From Octopus vulgaris (Eukaryota), in assembly GCA_951406725.2 (NCBI GenBank), contig OX597831.1:43400001-43464000 (forward strand): DNA of 64,000 bases, in the 5' to 3' direction. Both the position numbers and the translations under genes were made by a program. Positions 63,722 to 64,000 of the stretch are shown here, in pieces (the stretch's first letter is position 1; every line of letters begins with the position of its first letter). A model generated the notes under the pieces. The model had not been told where the DNA came from. It saw only the letters and a list, made by a program, of their open reading frames with translations, and did no database searches.

Positions 63722-64000
63722 GTCTGTGTGTGAGAGACAGAAAGAGGGTGATTGTATAAATATGTTTGTATGTGTATCTATTTTACATACATATGGATAA
63801 GAAGGGCTGATTGTTTGATGTTGTTGGTCAGTGAAGTCCATGACACAGCTCCTTTAACTGAGAACATATCTGCTAAGGTTTTGATAACTTTTTTAATTAC
63901 AACCCACGCCAACACTATACCATTTCCTAGATTATTCAGCATCATTGTTATACCATAAACTAATTTAAGTAAACTTTGATAGTATATTATTTGATACCTC

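Overview
AT-rich, microsatellite-dense animal genomic DNA. The repeat families suggest an octopus or other coleoid cephalopod (inference). The only host gene I can support is a minus-strand ADAM10/kuzbanian-like metalloprotease. Seven GT-AG exons (26016 down to 2471) join in frame and encode the prodomain and the N-terminal half of the catalytic domain. The HExxH exon lies beyond the left edge, and the signal-peptide exon was not confidently located. The rest is intron or upstream DNA packed with mobile elements: an internally deleted piggyBac and TTAA MITEs, a Tc1/mariner relic, hAT MITEs, RTE-clade LINE relics, three tRNA-derived SINE families, a possible solo LTR and several Penelope-like (GIY-YIG) elements. 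The most notable hidden structure is a set of minimal type-I hammerhead ribozymes with palindromic stem III (17270-17358 +, 60805-60843 +, 50915-50975 -, 7330-7374 -). Three of them lie in short non-coding foldback elements next to (TA)n or similar tracts. There are also several long near-perfect hairpins and a two-template chimeric insertion. All calls were made by eye, with no database searches.
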